From: Amoebidium appalachense
Lineage: Eukaryota > Protista > Ichthyosporea
NCBI GenBank assembly: GCA_963693365.1
Contig: CAVNZM010000014.1
Span: forward strand, 5,952,001 to 6,016,000
Direction of reading: 5' to 3'
DNA length: 64,000 nucleotides
Shown piece after piece: positions 62,801-64,000 of the stretch. Position 1 is the stretch's first letter, and each line of letters opens with the position of its first letter. The position numbers and the translations under genes are program-made. The notes under the pieces are model-generated. The model ran no database searches and had not been told where the DNA came from. It saw only the letters and a program-made list of their open reading frames with translations.

Positions 62801-64000
62801 CGTGAGGAAAGCCGAAACATCTTCGTTCATTTCGATGTACTCGTTAGCAGTTGGTGTGGGTGGTTGTTGTTGTCGTAGGGATGTGCCGATGGGGGTGGGT
62901 TCTTCGCGAATGGTAGTGGTGGTGGGTGTGGTTGAACGACCTGTGGGCACGATGGGACAGGTGCACGCACTTGGTTCCACATCGTCCATTTCCGTATCTA
63001 GATCTCCCGTTTGGTTTACAACGGTGCCTTCTGCACACGCGTTTTCCTCTGCATGCTCAGTTGCTTGCACATGCACAACAGCGTGCGCCGTCATTACCTC
63101 CCCTGAATGTTCCATTTCCACATCGGCATTTCCATTCTGACGGTTTTCGTTTTCATCCGTTTCCATTGGCTGCAACAGGGAGCTGCATATTTCGTCTTTG
63201 CTGGTGTCGGTGGTGTTCATTGGGGCAGACAACACTTTGACGGGCGAATCGCATATATCAGCGATCAAGGGCGAAGGGTGGGTGGCATCTTCAAGAAAGA
63301 CCAAGGGTGTGCTGGTGGTGATACTGTGCTCAGAGAGACACACCTCTTGTTGTGCTGTTTCCTTCGGGATTACAGACCCAGAAGAGATGAGGGTATCCGT
63401 TGGTTGCTTGCCTCGGTCCGTGTTTGCAGGCTCGTGCTGTGTGTTTGGAGGAATGAGCGTGTGGGTGTGTTCCTCAACCTTTTCCATCTCTACCACCGCG
63501 CCACCTTCTTGTTCGCAATCCATATGCATAACGGAAAGGGTGGGGTTGTCTTGATGAGGTAACGGGTCATTTGCACCATCTTTTGTGCCTGGTTTTGCGT
63601 GGTTGATTGGTGTGTCCGTTTCACCAACGGTCGGCATTATGAGCTCCGTAATTTTCAGAGAAACCACTGCCAAGGTTGGTGATCCCGGTGCCTGCTCTTC
63701 GTTCATTTGGGCCACACTTACGAATTCATGATCAGTGGGAGGAGGGGCTTTCGAAGAGGGCTCGGTGTTTGTGCAAACTGGCATGGAAGGGATGGCATTG
63801 CTCTCCTTCATATTGGGTTTCGCTTTTCTCCACCTCCCGTTTTTCTTCGGCTACAAACCTCGTTTCCTGCCCCACCGAACTGGTTTTCTCGTTGTTGTAC
63901 GGAGATGAAGTGGCACAGGTTCTCGGTGTGCCTGTTTCGTTTTCTTTTTCCACGGTTTCAGTTTCGTTTCCGTGTTCATTTTGCGGGGGCGGAGGGCAGT
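58889..64000 (-). CDS. Large low-complexity (Glu/Thr/Pro/Ser-rich) protein of unknown function, 5' partial
   Basis: Phase-consistent exons >63811-62403, 61882-60932, 60102-60032, 59468-59258 (RKTPRMSPYTRP...PCVGCPDC) and 58937-58889 (tentative). Apparent frame break near 63810-63853. No domain recognised. Confidence 0.6.

Overview
Eukaryotic, intron-rich genomic DNA in the standard genetic code; the organism cannot be named from sequence. Almost every intron is filled with poly-G/poly-C runs and (CA)/(GT)/(GA) microsatellites, so most ORFs in the supplied track are spurious. Splicing by hand gives six protein-coding genes: (1) a minus-strand zf-UBP + class I (SIRT2-like) sirtuin whose 5' exons could not be found; (2) a 6-exon, 1538-aa DDE (Mutator/IS256-like, DxxH-type) transposase with an intact WRN/EXD-type DEDDy 3'-5' exonuclease inserted inside its catalytic domain; (3) an intronless GT14 (core-2/I-branching/xylosyltransferase family) glycosyltransferase; (4) an ankyrin-repeat protein with a possible C-terminal ubiquitin-like domain; (5) a 22-exon Exo70 gene; (6) the 3' part of a low-complexity minus-strand gene. 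Non-coding features include a TA-flanked MITE, minisatellites built from splice junctions, and a dispersed ~110-135-bp intronic repeat family whose copies all lie sense to the host transcript and end in branch-point-like motifs. The best candidates for a new system are the exonuclease-bearing transposase and the sense-oriented intronic repeat family.
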